From assembly GCA_964016885.1 (NCBI GenBank), contig OZ024749.1:26784001-26848000 (forward strand): 64,000 nucleotides of DNA. The letters are read 5' to 3'. The notes below the pieces were generated by a model. That model searched no databases, was not told the origin of the DNA, and saw only the letters and a program-made list of their open reading frames with translations. This document shows, piece after piece, positions 29,473 to 43,800 of the stretch (its first letter is position 1; the number at the start of each line of letters is the position of its first letter). Origin of the DNA: Eledone cirrhosa. Lineage: Eukaryota. A program made the position numbers and the translations under genes.

Positions 29473-30786
29473 GGAGGGGGGATCAAAAAGTTCGCGGAAT
29501 TTTATCGTAGTAAGAAAAAAATAGATTAAAACAATATTAAACATGTCAGAACATTGTCACTGGGTGTTTACCTTGCTATTAGTCACTTGCAGTCAGTTAT
29601 GCGTGGACTATTGTACAGTACTGACACTCTTTAAAAAACCTCTTTTTGGAACAATGGAAAATAGTTATTTTGAGATAAGATCGAATATCAAGTTTCTGGT
29701 GAAACTTAAATGGAAAGGGACACAGATTATGGAGGCTTTAGTTAAAGTTTACAGTACTACTGCTCCAAAGAAAACTGCTGTCTACCAGTGGATTCAGCGA
29801 TTCAAACAAGGGAGAGACGACCTTGAAGACGACCATCACAGTGGAAGACTAGGAACATCAAAAAATGACCAAACGTTGAGGCTGCTCAGACTTTAATTGA
29901 AGAAGATCGAAGAATAACAGTTAATCAGTTAGCTAAGTCCCTAGACATTTCATATAGTTCGGCAAATTCAATTCTGCACGATAATTTGGGACTAAGCAAG
30001 CTTTCAGCGCAATGGGTCCCAAAAGCGTTGCGCCCTGATCAGCTGATTCTTCGAAGTGATCTGTCTTTGGCGATATTAAACAAAATTGAAGTTGAAGATG
30101 AAGAGCATTTCCTGACCAGAATCATCACCGGAGATGAAACCTGGATCTACCAGTATGATGCTGAATCCAAACAGCAGTCAAAACAGTGGCTTCCACGTGG
30201 ATCATCGGGGCCAATCAAGTTCAAATCTCAAAAGTCGGATCAAAAAGTGATGGCCACCATTTTCTGGGATTCAGATGGGGTGATACTAATAGATTATCTT
30301 GAAGGTCAAAGAACTGTGACAGGAGCTTACTATGCAAATGTTTTAAGGAAGCTGAAAGAGGCTTTAGTCAAGAAACGAAAAGGGAAACTTCATGGTGGGA
30401 TCTTGTTTCACCATGACAATGCACCAGCGCATTCTGCGTGGGTTGCAAAAGAAGTTCTTCGAGAATTTCGATGGGAAGTGCTTCCTCGCCCACCTTATAG
30501 TCCAGATTTAGCCCCATCAGACTTTTTCCTCTTTCCAAAACTCAAAGAAATGCTAAAAGGAACCCGTTTTAGTGGTGTTGAAGAAGCTAAAAACACTGCC
30601 AACACATGGCTTCGAACAAGGCCTTCAACTTTCTTTAGAGACGGCTTACGAAGCTGGAAGCATCGCCTTGTCAAGTGTATTGACCTGGATAGCAACTATG
30701 TAGAAAAATAAATTGATGGTAAATCATATTTTTTGAAAAATAGAATATTTTCTGAAAAATTCCGCGAACTTTTTGATCCCCCCTCG
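29473..30786 (+). mobile_element. Complete mariner element (irritans/Hsmar2-like), 1314 bp, in the last HCCS intron
   Basis: About 31-bp TIRs (G/C)GAGGGGGGATCAAAAAGTTCGCGGAATTTT, with TA on both sides. Confidence 0.95.
29654..30711 (+). pseudogene. Mariner D,D34D-type transposase with one frameshift near 29875
   Basis: HTH region, WVPKAL, TGDETW, HHDNA, YSPDLAPSDF, ends YVEK. Confidence 0.92.
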
Positions 30787-31046
30787 TACCTACTGGAAAC
30801 TATGCATCAGGTGCTCACTCTGGTGAACGTACAGTAACTGGATGTTACAGTCTAAATATATATCATCATCATCATTATCATCATTGTTTAAACGTCCATT
30901 CTTCCACGCTAGCATGGAGGCAAGGTTTGGTCGGGTGACCTTGTCCTCGCTCATATAGAACTATCTGGCAGGCTTTCTACGGCTGGTTGCCCTTCCTAAC
31001 ACCAACCATATTTACAGTGTGGAACTGGGAACTTTTTACCGTGTTA

Positions 31047-31081
<35 letters not shown>

Positions 31082-31425
31082 TCATCATCATCATTTCATT
31101 TTACGTCCGCTTTTTTTCCCTGCTTGCAAGGGTGGGACGGGAACTGATTCTGGTTTGATTTCTACAGCTTGGATGCCCCTTCCTAGCACCAACCTCATTT
31201 ACAGTGAGTGCTGGGTGCTTTTTGCCGTGGCACCTCCACGACCACTTTGCAGTGGAATGATAGGGACTCCAGTCTCTATCATCTCATTTCTACAGCTGAG
31301 TAAACTGGAGCAATGTGAAATAAAGTGTCTTGCTCAAGGAAACAACACACCACCCGGTCTGAGAATTGAACTCACAACCTTTCGATTGCAAGGCCAATGC
31401 TCTAACCACTAAGCCATGTGCTTCC

Positions 31426-32486
<1,061 letters not shown>

Positions 32487-32541
32487 AAAGTTAGGTGGAA
32501 ATATCCAAGAGTAAGAGCACTCAGTCCAAGGGATGAGTTTA

Positions 32542-32731
32542 GTATAAATAATTACAACAGTGACATAAACAGGTACTCAAGTTTCGTTGGATTCTGGTCC
32601 CCAACCCATTCAGCCTGTCATGAGGAAAATAAAAACCTTTTCATTTTTCTCATGACAGGCTGAATGAGTTGGGGCCCAGAGCCCAACAAAACTTGAGTAC
32701 CTGTTTATGTCACTGTTGTAATTATTTATAC
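32542..32731. repeat. Fold-back element with two mirror hammerhead-like motifs
   Basis: About 85-bp inverted arms. Motif acagg CTGAATGA gttgg..ccaac GAAAC ttga GTA cctgt is the consensus of the two arms. Confidence 0.8.
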
Positions 32732-32802
32732 ATATATATATATATATATATATACACCGCTCCCACCCTCCAAACGCAATCCAAAACTTCAGAGTTGGTA
32801 CC

Positions 32803-35800
32803 ATGAATGTAGGCACCTTAAAGGGTCGCTCTAACGAGGTTGTAGAAATGCTTGAACGTAAGGAGGTCGATGTTTGTTGTATTCAAGAGACCAGGTGGAG
32901 GGGAGGGTCGGCTAGATTCATCGTGGGTAAAGAGCGATGCTATAAGCTTTTCTGGGTGGGAAATGACAATGGGTTGGGTGGGGTAGGAATCATGGTAGCA
33001 GAAAAGTGGGCAGATAAGATAATAGACGTAAATAGAGTGAACGACAGAATAATTAAAATACGACTTGTCCTCAATAGAACTACGGTGACAGTAATATCTG
33101 CGTACGCACCCCAATCCGGACTGCCCGGCACTATAAAAGACAGATTCTACGAGACACTGATGCTCGCTACCTCCCAAATAACCGACAGTGACTATATAGT
33201 TATTGCAGGCGACCTAAATGGTCACGTTGGACAACATTGTGACGGCTATGACGGAATCCATGGAGGCTATGGGTTCGGTACTAGAAATGAGGAAGGCTCC
33301 AGAATCCTGGAATTCTGCGACGCAAATAACTTAACTATCTGTAACACTAACTTCAAAAAACGAGACAATCACTTGATCACCTATAGATCGGGGGAACACA
33401 CAAGCCAGGTAGATTATATCCTTACCAGAAGACGTGACAGAGTGTCTGTTGTTAACACTAAATCCCACCCCCATGAAGAATTCACCTCCCAACATAGACT
33501 GATAATTAGCGACCTCATAGTCAGGACGAGACGTACTAGACAGCGAAAGAGGACTATCCTCAGGAGAAAAATATGGAAGCTAAAGGACCCCATAGCCAGA
33601 AATAAATTTCAAAGCAAATTACTTGACGCTTTCGACAGTAAGGAAGAGCAATTAGAGTCGTATAATATAGAGGAACAGTGGGAATTCCTGAGAGCAAACC
33701 TGCTGACGGCGGCAGACGAAGTCTGTGGCTGGAGCAGGCCTGTAGGTAGGAGGAGAGTAACATGGTGGTGGAACAGTAAGGTGGAGGAGTCAATTAAGGC
33801 CAAAAAGCAGGCTTGGAAAGTATGGCAGGATGGGGGAAGTAGAGAAGACTATCAAGTGGCCAGGAGGGAAGCTAGGAGACAAGTGTACTTCGCAAGAAGG
33901 GAAGCAGAGGAAAGAAAGTTCAAGCATGTTCTACAACGTGAGGACCAAAAACGTGAGGTGTTCAGGATTGCCAGGCAATGTGTCAAGGAAAACCGTGATA
34001 TTGTCGGGGAGAAGTGTGTACTTAACGATGATGGCATACTTGCCATCACCGACGCTGATAAGAAGGTAGCTTGGAAGTGTCACTACGAAAGGCTTCTAAA
34101 TGAGGAGAACAAATGGGAGAAAGACAGTCTCCCCCAGATCGATCCAATAGAGGGACCAGCAGTGTTAGTTAAAGGTAGTATAATAAGTAAGGCAATCAAA
34201 GATATGAAGACGGGTAAGGCGGCTGGGCCTTCGGAAATAGTTGCTGAGATGCTGAAGGCATCTGGTTCGGTGGGACACACCATGGTCACCCGGATAGTTA
34301 ACCAAGTCGTACAGAATGGGGTTGTTCCGAAGGACTGGCGTAGCAGCATCATCGTTAACTGCTATAAGGGAAAAGGAGATGCCCTAGATAGGAGTAACTA
34401 TAGAGGCATTAAATTAATCGACCAGGTCATGAAGGTCACGGAAAAAGTAATAGCGCAACTAATCAGAGAGAGAATTGATCTAGATGAAATGCAGTTCGGG
34501 TTTGTGTCAGGCAAAAGTACCACAGACGCTCTTTTCATTGTACGACAACTACAGGAGAAGTACCTAGCTAAAAGTAAACCCCTATACTTAGCTTTTGTCG
34601 ACTTGGAGAAAGCCTTCGACAGAGTCCCCCGTTCCATTATCTGGTGGTCTCTTAGAAAACTAGGTGTTGACGAATGGCTTGTGAGAGCTATACAAGCCAT
34701 GTATAAAGAAACAGTCAGTAAGGTTAGAATTAACAACGAATATAGTGAAGAGTTTAGCGTAAAAGTTGGTGTCCATCAGGGCTCTGTACTTAGCCCCCTA
34801 CTATTTATTATTGCCCTTCAGGCTATAACAGAGGAGTTCAAGACCGGCTGCCCATGGGAACTCCTATACGCAGATGATCTAACGCTCATAGCTGAATCAA
34901 TGACCGAACTAGAGAAGAAATTCCAAACGTGGAAGCACGGCCTAGAATCAAAAGGCCTTAAAATTAACCTGGCTAAGACTAAAGTTCTAGTTTGTAGGAA
35001 AGAAAATAAGGCGGCGGTCCCATCGGGGAAATGGCCATGCTCAGTGTGTAGGAAAGGCGTAAGTAGAAACTCCATTTTATGTCCCAAATGCAAAGTATGG
35101 GTGCATAAAAGATGTAGTGGGATCACAGGTAAGCTAACTAAGAACATAGATTTTACATGTGGCCGGTGCTCTGGTGCAATAAGTAGCAGCAAGTGCCCAC
35201 AAAATACTAGCTCCTTCAACTGCGCAGAGGGTTCTATAGAAATAGTGGACAGCTTCCGTTATCTGGGTGACAAAATCAGCAGTGGGGGAGGGTGCTCTGA
35301 AAGTACAGTAGCTAGAGTCAGAACTGGATGGAAAAAGTTCAGAGAGCTTATACCACTATTAGCCGCTAGAGGGTTCTCCCTAAAAATGAAAGGCAGGTTA
35401 TACGATGCCTGCATACGAACAGCAATGCTGCATGGCAGTGAGACCTGGGCATTGTGTGCAGAGGATATACGCAGACTAGAGAGGAACGAAGCTTGCATGC
35501 TCCGCTGGATGTGCAATAGTAATATACGTGAACGGCAAAGCATAAACGAACTAAGGAAAAAATTAGAAATAAGAGGGATCAGATGTTGTTTACTCGAGAG
35601 AAGGCTACGTTGGTACGGTCACGTGATGCGCATGAAAGACGACAGCTGTATAACAAAGTGCAGGGCAATAAAGATAGACGGTAGCCACGGAGTAGGCAGA
35701 CCCAGAAAAACATGGGACGAGCTGATAAATTCCGACCTCACACGCTTACACCTCTCCAAGACAATGTCACTGGACCGAGACCTTTGGCGGTACTCAGTAA

Positions 35801-35823
35801 TAGAGAAGACCCGCCTTACCTAA
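32803..35823 (+). CDS. RTE-clade LINE ORF: APE endonuclease, RT, PHD-like Cys/His finger, uninterrupted 1006 aa; antisense in the last HCCS intron
   Basis: CCIQETRW, SAYAPQ, AGDLNG, QVDYIL, NYRGIKL, DLEKAFDRV, VHQGSVLSP, LYADD, CSVC..CPKC.WVH.RC..CGRC, LHGSETW, RRLRWYGH, GRPRKTW. Confidence 0.95.
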   Translation: MNVGTLKGRSNEVVEMLERKEVDVCCIQETRWRGGSARFIVGKERCYKLFWVGNDNGLGGVGIMVAEKWADKIIDVNRVNDRIIKIRLVLNRTTVTVISAYAPQSGLPGTIKDRFYETLMLATSQITDSDYIVIAGDLNGHVGQHCDGYDGIHGGYGFGTRNEEGSRILEFCDANNLTICNTNFKKRDNHLITYRSGEHTSQVDYILTRRRDRVSVVNTKSHPHEEFTSQHRLIISDLIVRTRRTRQRKRTILRRKIWKLKDPIARNKFQSKLLDAFDSKEEQLESYNIEEQWEFLRANLLTAADEVCGWSRPVGRRRVTWWWNSKVEESIKAKKQAWKVWQDGGSREDYQVARREARRQVYFARREAEERKFKHVLQREDQKREVFRIARQCVKENRDIVGEKCVLNDDGILAITDADKKVAWKCHYERLLNEENKWEKDSLPQIDPIEGPAVLVKGSIISKAIKDMKTGKAAGPSEIVAEMLKASGSVGHTMVTRIVNQVVQNGVVPKDWRSSIIVNCYKGKGDALDRSNYRGIKLIDQVMKVTEKVIAQLIRERIDLDEMQFGFVSGKSTTDALFIVRQLQEKYLAKSKPLYLAFVDLEKAFDRVPRSIIWWSLRKLGVDEWLVRAIQAMYKETVSKVRINNEYSEEFSVKVGVHQGSVLSPLLFIIALQAITEEFKTGCPWELLYADDLTLIAESMTELEKKFQTWKHGLESKGLKINLAKTKVLVCRKENKAAVPSGKWPCSVCRKGVSRNSILCPKCKVWVHKRCSGITGKLTKNIDFTCGRCSGAISSSKCPQNTSSFNCAEGSIEIVDSFRYLGDKISSGGGCSESTVARVRTGWKKFRELIPLLAARGFSLKMKGRLYDACIRTAMLHGSETWALCAEDIRRLERNEACMLRWMCNSNIRERQSINELRKKLEIRGIRCCLLERRLRWYGHVMRMKDDSCITKCRAIKIDGSHGVGRPRKTWDELINSDLTRLHLSKTMSLDRDLWRYSVIEKTRLT

Positions 35824-35989
35824 ATACAAAGTAAAAACCTACTACAGTCAGTAGGCACCTCTATCAAAACACACCCCCGTCCCACCACCTCCACCCCACC
35901 CACACCGCCCCTTTCAATGTAAAGTTATGTTGGTCCCACAACATCCAGGCCGAAACAAATGAGATCGTGTAGGTGTCACGACAAAAAAC

Positions 35990-36333
35990 ACACAGTCCAC
36001 GCTGTAAATGTGGCCGTGTAGGCAACACGGTAAAAACCTCCCAGCCCCACACTGTAAATGTGGTTGGTGTTAGGAAGGGCATCCAGCTGTAGAAAACCCG
36101 CCAGACAGTCCACGCTGTAATGTGGCCGTGTAGGCAACACGGTAAAAACCTCCCAGCCCCACACTGTAAATGTGGTTGGTGTTAGGAAGGGCATCCAACT
36201 GTAGAAAACCCGCCAGACAGTCCTATGCGAGCAAGACAACCACTCTTGCCTCAAGTGGGAAAACCCCCGTCCAAACCCATGCAAGCGTGGAACACGGACG
36301 CTAAACCTGATGATGATGATGATGATGATGATG
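35990..36333 (+). mobile_element. SINE/LINE-tail element with an internal tandem duplication of about 115 bp; related tails near 30863, 39368, 45130, 56115
   Basis: Shared ggtgttaggaagggcatccagctgtagaaa core and acccatgc..(gat)n tail. Confidence 0.7.
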
Positions 36334-36383
36334 ATATATATATATCAGTCTTTTGTAACTCTAAAATAAGGCTATGTATCACA

Positions 36384-36441
<58 letters not shown>

Positions 36442-36598
36442 TAAACCTTTTGTAACCCTACAATAAAACTATGTGTAACATTAGTATATATGTATCAATC
36501 TTTTGTGACCCTAAAATAAGGTTAAGTATCACATTAGTGTATATATAAACCTTTTATGACTCTACAATAGATCTAAGAGACAAGAGTAACAAGCTTAC

Positions 36599-36682
36599 CC
36601 GAGAAGCTGCCGTATTCTCGCTCTTGGAGAATATTCTGTAGCTTTGCCGCCAAACTTCTTCAATTTTGGTGTATCACAGTAA
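36599..36682 (-). CDS. HCCS: Holocytochrome c synthase, coding exon 4 (84 nt, absent from the ORF track)
   Basis: ttcag|T TAC TGT...GG|gtaagc. Reads YCDTPKLKKFGGKATEYSPRARIRQLLG; phase 2 at both ends. Confidence 0.95.
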
Positions 36683-36704
36683 CTGAAGAATAAAGATATA
36701 TTCA

Positions 36705-37098
36705 TTTATATGAAGCAACCATGATTCATTGCATGTACAATGTAAATGAGAGAGAAAGGACAGAGCTTGGATGAACTGAGGGAGAAACTGGGCCTGTGTG
36801 GAATAAGATGTGGTGTGCAAGAGAGAAGATTGCATTGACACATATGTAATACACATGGATGATGATTGCTGGGTGAAGAAATGCCAGGAAATCCAGTAGA
36901 AGAAAGCCACAGTAGAGGCAGACCAAGAAAGAGTTGGGCAGAGGTAGTGAGAACTGATCTCAAATCTCTGAGATTCACAGAGGAGATGAAGGAACACAGC
37001 GAGTGGAGGGATGCTATGCTGAAAAGGACTCGTCAAACCCATGCAAGTGTAAAAAAATGGCCATAAAACGATGATTGATAATGATGATGATGATGATG
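36705..37098 (+). mobile_element. Old degenerate RTE 3' fragment with (GAT)n tail
   Basis: SRGRPRKSWAEVVRTDLKSL..WR, similar to the C-terminus of the 1006-aa ORF. Confidence 0.75.
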
Positions 37099-37962
37099 TA
37101 CATAAATAATAATTGTTTCTACTTTTTGGCACAAGGCCAGTAATTATCCAGTGCATTACTGGTACTTTATTTTATCGACCCCTTAAGGGTGAAAGGTATA
37201 GTTAATCTCGGTGGGATTTGAACTCAGACAGTAAAGGGGCGTAACTCTATGTTGCAAAGCATGGTGTCCGACCTTCTACTGATACTACCAATCCAAATAA
37301 TACAACCAAGAGTTTAGGGAGAATTTATATCATTTATATATGTATATCAAAGACATACACTAATGTAATCAGTACCAGTAATATACTATGGTTGCTATCT
37401 TGGCATTATACCTTTAAATACAATGATGGTTCCACTGTAGCACCTCCTTATGGTATTTATCTGTAGTTATGATGACTGATAAACTGCTTCAAATTCAAAA
37501 AAAAAAAATGTTTATCAGAGAGAGAGGTGAAGTAAAGGGAGGAGATTGTACAAAAAGAAAAAAATCCTCAAGGGAAGCAACTTCTCAGGAGTTGCCTCCT
37601 TGAAAGATATTTATTTAGAGTGATCTCCCCTTATAGCCAGCACTACGGAATGCAGCCATGATAAGTTTGTCAGATTGTCGTTGTGATTTCGAACAAACTT
37701 CACTCACATTCATTTTTTTTTTTTTTTTTGGCTAGTTTTAGTCATTTAGACTGCGGCCATGCTGGGGCGTGCGTTAAAGTGTTCTCGTCAATTATATCGA
37801 TCTCAGTACTTAAGCTGGTTTCATTGAATTGATATTATAAGGTGGCAAAATGCGTCGGTATTTGTTCCAGACCATTGCGACCTCAGTTCAAATTCGGCCG
37901 AGGTAAAATTTTCCTACCATTTTTTTCGAGATCAATAAATAAAATACCAGTCTAATACAGTG

Positions 37963-38046
<84 letters not shown>

Positions 38047-38089
38047 TGACGGACGAGAGAAAAGAGTACTGAATTCCGAAGTAGAGTTT

Positions 38090-38247
38090 AAATATTCATT
38101 CTATTAAGGCTAAATAGTAAGTCTTGATACTCTGGAGTTTCACCTACTTGCTCACAGGTTCATCAGACAAGAACTGATAGCCCTGTGATAGCCGAGGAAA
38201 CTCCAGTGTAACAACACTCAGTATTTAGCCTTAATAGAATAAATATA
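38090..38247. repeat. Diverged fold-back element with a hammerhead-like motif
   Basis: 38090-38141 is inverted against 38196-38247. The minus strand reads tcttgt CTGATGA acct..aggt GAAACT ccag AGTA tcaaga. Confidence 0.7.
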
Positions 38248-38348
38248 TACATATATATATATATAAAGTTCTATTTAAATTGTTGGGATACAACAAGCAA
38301 ATATTTTTATAACTGATATAAAGCACTCAACAAATATTTGGAGTAAAA

Positions 38349-38699
38349 ATACGATATTAACAAATGGAAACTATATTTATAAAACCATATTTATTTCATT
38401 TTACATATTTCAAGGACACCAAGTTAAATTATGGTGTGCTTTCATCAGATAAAATATAATATAGATCAGTTTTATAAATAAATATTGACATACCCTTAAA
38501 GAATGCAACCATTACTGTTGGAAGCTCCAACAGTAATGGTTGCATTCTTTAAGGGTATGTCAATATTTATTTATAAAACTGATCTATATTATATTTTATC
38601 TGATGAAAGCACACCATAATTTAACTTGGTGTCCTTGAAATATGTAAAATGAAATAAATATGGTTTTATAAATATAGTTTCCATTTGTTAATATCGTAT
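38349..38699. repeat. Apparently perfect palindrome, 174-bp arms, 3-nt loop
   Basis: Centre ctgttgga-agc-tccaacag at 38524. The arms match by eye end to end. Confidence 0.93.
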
Positions 38700-40154
38700 A
38701 TATATATATATATATATAGTGAAAAATTGAACAGGAACAAAACAGAGAGGCAGGACAAACAAAGGTTTATTAATTTCACACTCTCGAGAGTGGGGTGGTG
38801 ATATATATATATATATATTGAAGAAATCGGTTGTGTTCCGATCTGGTGAGGGATGGGCACTGCCAGGTTTAAAATACCTAAGACATGGGGATGGCACCCC
38901 TAGGACACCATCAAGAGTTTAGAGCCCCTTTTACTTTTATTTATCGAAAGGTTAGTGTTACTTACGTCCCTTTAGAGAGTTACCTCCTTTACCGAACACA
39001 TTATTTAAAGGGAGACTACATATGTGTCTGACATGTTAGAAATAGCAGCCAAATATATCCGTCATCGCTCAAATGCCTTCGACCATATCTCTGCTTATTC
39101 AGAACTGACCAAGGGTTAAAAACAGCAACAACATGTCCTGTTCAGTGTAGGATTTCTATAACATCAGAGGTGTATATGTAAGCCATATATAATATGTGTA
39201 TTATACATAAACATATTGCATAGTGTTTCATACACACCTCTATTATGAATCATACTATGTTAGTCCTACTTCTAAATAATTGTTTCCACTTTTGGCACAA
39301 GGCCAGCAATTATCTCAGTGTATTACTGGTACTTTATTTCATCTACCCCGTAAGGATTATGTATGTTTCATCATCATCATCACCATTTTACGTCCATCTT
39401 TCCATGCTAGCAAAGGTTAGACGATTTGTCCTGTTGTGAGACAAGTCAGATCAGATGACCATGTCTTGCTCATACAGAACTATTTCTGGCTTGGTTTCTA
39501 TGGCTGAATGCCGTTCCTAACATCAACGACATTTACAATGTAGATTGGGTGCTTTTTATCGTGACACCAAGTGACAGGTTGGACTGGGTACCTTTTCATC
39601 GAGTCATCAGCATAACCACTTTACAGGGTAGATCAGGTACTTTTTGTCATGTCACCATCAAGACCACCTTACAGGGTAGACTGGGTCCTTTTCTATTTTC
39701 CATAAAACATATTGTATATGCTTTCATACATGCCTATATTCTGAATCACAGAAAAGGGGGGTTACACTTTCATTTGGTCTTAAAACAAAATCAGAACTAA
39801 GAAAGGGTCTGTCCTTAAAACCCAAACAACACTGAAAATATGTTACACTTTTATCTTCCCTTAAAACACAGACAGGCAGATAAACAGTCAGAGAGAGAGA
39901 ATGAGAGACAGACGAACTGACAAACAAACAGACAGAGGGAATGAGAGACAGACAAGCAACCAGGCAGAACCACAGAGAGACAGATCGACATGGTGACTGA
40001 CACACATACAGACAGACAGGCATAGAGACAGACAGATCAATAAGGGGAGCGGCAGACTGACAGAAAGGCAGACAGAATGAGAGACTGACAGACAGATCAA
40101 TAAGGGGACAGTCAGACATAGAGACAGAGAGAGAGTATCAAATATTCCACTAAC

Positions 40155-40275
40155 TGATAATGAAAAGCCTCCCATTTTAAGACTTCCTGCCAGGCCTGTT
40201 CATTGTTTGCGTTGTGTATTCTTACAATGTGTTCCATGTCTTTTGGTTTGATACTATCTGCATGCCACTGCCAGC
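40155..40275 (-). CDS. HCCS: Holocytochrome c synthase, coding exon 3
   Basis: tccag|GC TGG...CA|gttagt. [40 protein letters not shown] includes the haem-ligating IHN motif. Confidence 0.96.
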
Positions 40276-41231
40276 CTGGATAGATGAATATATAATATAA
40301 ATAGCTAATTAAATAAAAATACAGAGACAGAGAGACAAACATTTTATATATATACTTTATTTCACATTGCTCCAGTTTACTCAGCTGTAGAAATGAGATG
40401 ATAGGGACTAGGGTCCCTATCATTCCACTGCAAATGGTCGTGGAGGTGCTACGACAAAAAAGCACCCAGCTCACACTGTAAAGTGGACGTGTACGCACCA
40501 TGGAAAAAAAGCACCCAACACTCACTGTAAATGAGGTTGGTGTTAGGAAGGGCATCCAGCTGTAGAAATCAAGCCAGAATCAGTTCCTGTCCCACCCTTG
40601 CAAGCAGGGAAAAGCAGACATAAAATGATTATCTATCTTATCTATATATGTACATATAATTGGAAATCAGTAAAATCGAATCTCTGGCGGTTTGCAAGTA
40701 TATATATATATATATATATATATTAAACAAAGATGATGATAAATGATATATATATATATACAACGCACAAACCCTCTATCTCAATTATACTTTTGAAAGG
40801 CATAAGAATTGTGAAACTGGTAAAAGGACAAATAGATATTCTTAAAAAGACTCCAGCTGCATTGTCGATTTCTTTTCCTTATACTTTCATTAAAAAAAAG
40901 CTCATTCTCTTATATATACATATATATATATGTGTGTGTGTGTATATATATAAATATATATATATTTGTGTGTGTGTGTATATATATAAATATATATATA
41001 TTTGTGTGTGTGTGTATATATATAAATATATATATATATGTGTGTGTGTGTATATATATATATAAATATATATATATAGTAATAATAATAAATTTGAAGA
41101 CTAAAATCCGAAGAAGGCTCAATAAGGAAAAATATATATCAAATATATAAGATCCCGTTAAGGGTGAAAGCAGCGATTCTTTGCTTAAACTTTAATCTGT
41201 TATTGTAATAAATATATATATATTTATATAT

Positions 41232-42233
<1,002 letters not shown>

Positions 42234-42715
42234 ATACATATATATATATGTATATTTTTTAACATAATAAACAACACAATATAATTATTATTTAATTATT
42301 TTGTCTGACAAATGAACTGGATGTTCCTTGCAGGAATCATCTTGTTTCTTGAAACCTTCAATAATTATAGTGTGTTGTTTATTATGTAATTAAATAGCTC
42401 TGTACAATACATAGAGCACTCTTCTTTCCTTTACTATCATCATCATCATCACTTTATGTCCGCTTTTCCTTGCTTGCAAGAGTGCGACTGGTCCTCCTTA
42501 GCACAGCATCTCTCCATTTGTCATGGTCCTTTGTCATCTCCTCTGTGAGCTTCAGCGATCTGAGGTCAGCTCTCAACCCCTCAGCCCATGTCTTTCATAG
42601 TCTTTCTCTACTGCGTCTTCCTTCCACTATAAATACTCCCGAGCCAGTCCATCCAATGCTCTCGCAAGCCACCACCCCCTTCCAACTTCTCAAATAAAGG
42701 GAGCACAATACATAC

Positions 42716-42863
42716 CTTTCCGAAGCATGGCATTCCAGAACATCTGTTGTGAAGGATAAACCCAAGTTTCATTTGTGCCAGCTTTTGGTATCGTGGAAAC
42801 TTCTCTGTTTAATGGAAGAGGAAACGGTTGGTCAGCGGCAGGTTTTTGATTGGGTGCTGGCAT
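42716..42863 (-). CDS. HCCS: Holocytochrome c synthase, coding exon 2
   Basis: tttcag|ATG...AAA G|gtatg. [49 protein letters not shown]. Confidence 0.96.
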
Positions 42864-43284
42864 CTGAAATAGGAGCCAAAGAGGAAGTTCTGAATATAGT
42901 GAAAGGAGGAGAGAAAACTTCAAGTAACTAATACTGTCAAAAGCAACATCATCATCACCACCACCACCACCACTACCACCATTATCACCACAACCACCAA
43001 CACCATCATCATCATCACCATCATCACCACAACCAACACCAATACCACCGCCATCATCATCATCATCACCACCATTATCATCATCATCACCACCATTATC
43101 ACCACCACCAACACCAATGCCAACACCATCATCATCACCACCAACAACACAAACATCAACAACATAAAAAAAACACTCAATTTCATGTTGCGTCAGTATA
43201 CTTAAAATTAGGTTTTTTTCCCCCCCACTGAAATCGAGCGGGGTTGTTCTATAAATTTACCAATAAAAACATCAAACTTCTTGA

Positions 43285-43647
43285 CAGAGGTTCTCAAAGT
43301 AAGCGCTATCCCCCCCCCCCCCCCCCCCCCCCGGGGCACTGAGAAGGTCCTAGGGGGTTCTGAGGCCTAAGGTGGCAGTAGAGACGATATAATAGTATAT
43401 TTAATATCAAATGATACATATTATATATAAATATAGTAAAGTAAAAAATATATAATATTTATTTATACATAGTATATATTATATTATTTATTATATATAA
43501 ATTTACGATTTTATTTATTATATAATATTTATAATTTTATAATTTGCGTGTAGGCAGGTCTCTCTGGAAATAGGGTTGGGGGGGCTGAGGGTATTATGTG
43601 GCGTGAGGGGGGGGGGGGGGGGGGGGCAAAACGTTTGAGAGCCTCTG
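43285..43647. mobile_element. hAT/Charlie-like MITE
   Basis: TIRs CAGAGGTTCTCAAA / TTTGAGAGCCTCTG with internal poly-C and poly-G. An 8-bp TSD is not convincing. Confidence 0.55.
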
Positions 43648-43800
43648 CTCTATAACAACCTCCCACACTTTAGCCATACCATCTGTATCAGGGGTCTCCA
43701 GCTTGTAGGTCATGTCATGAGAGAAAATGAACCTCCTACAAAACTTTTACTATAGCAGTACACTAATGTGATATGCAAACACAAAAGACCTCTCAAAACA

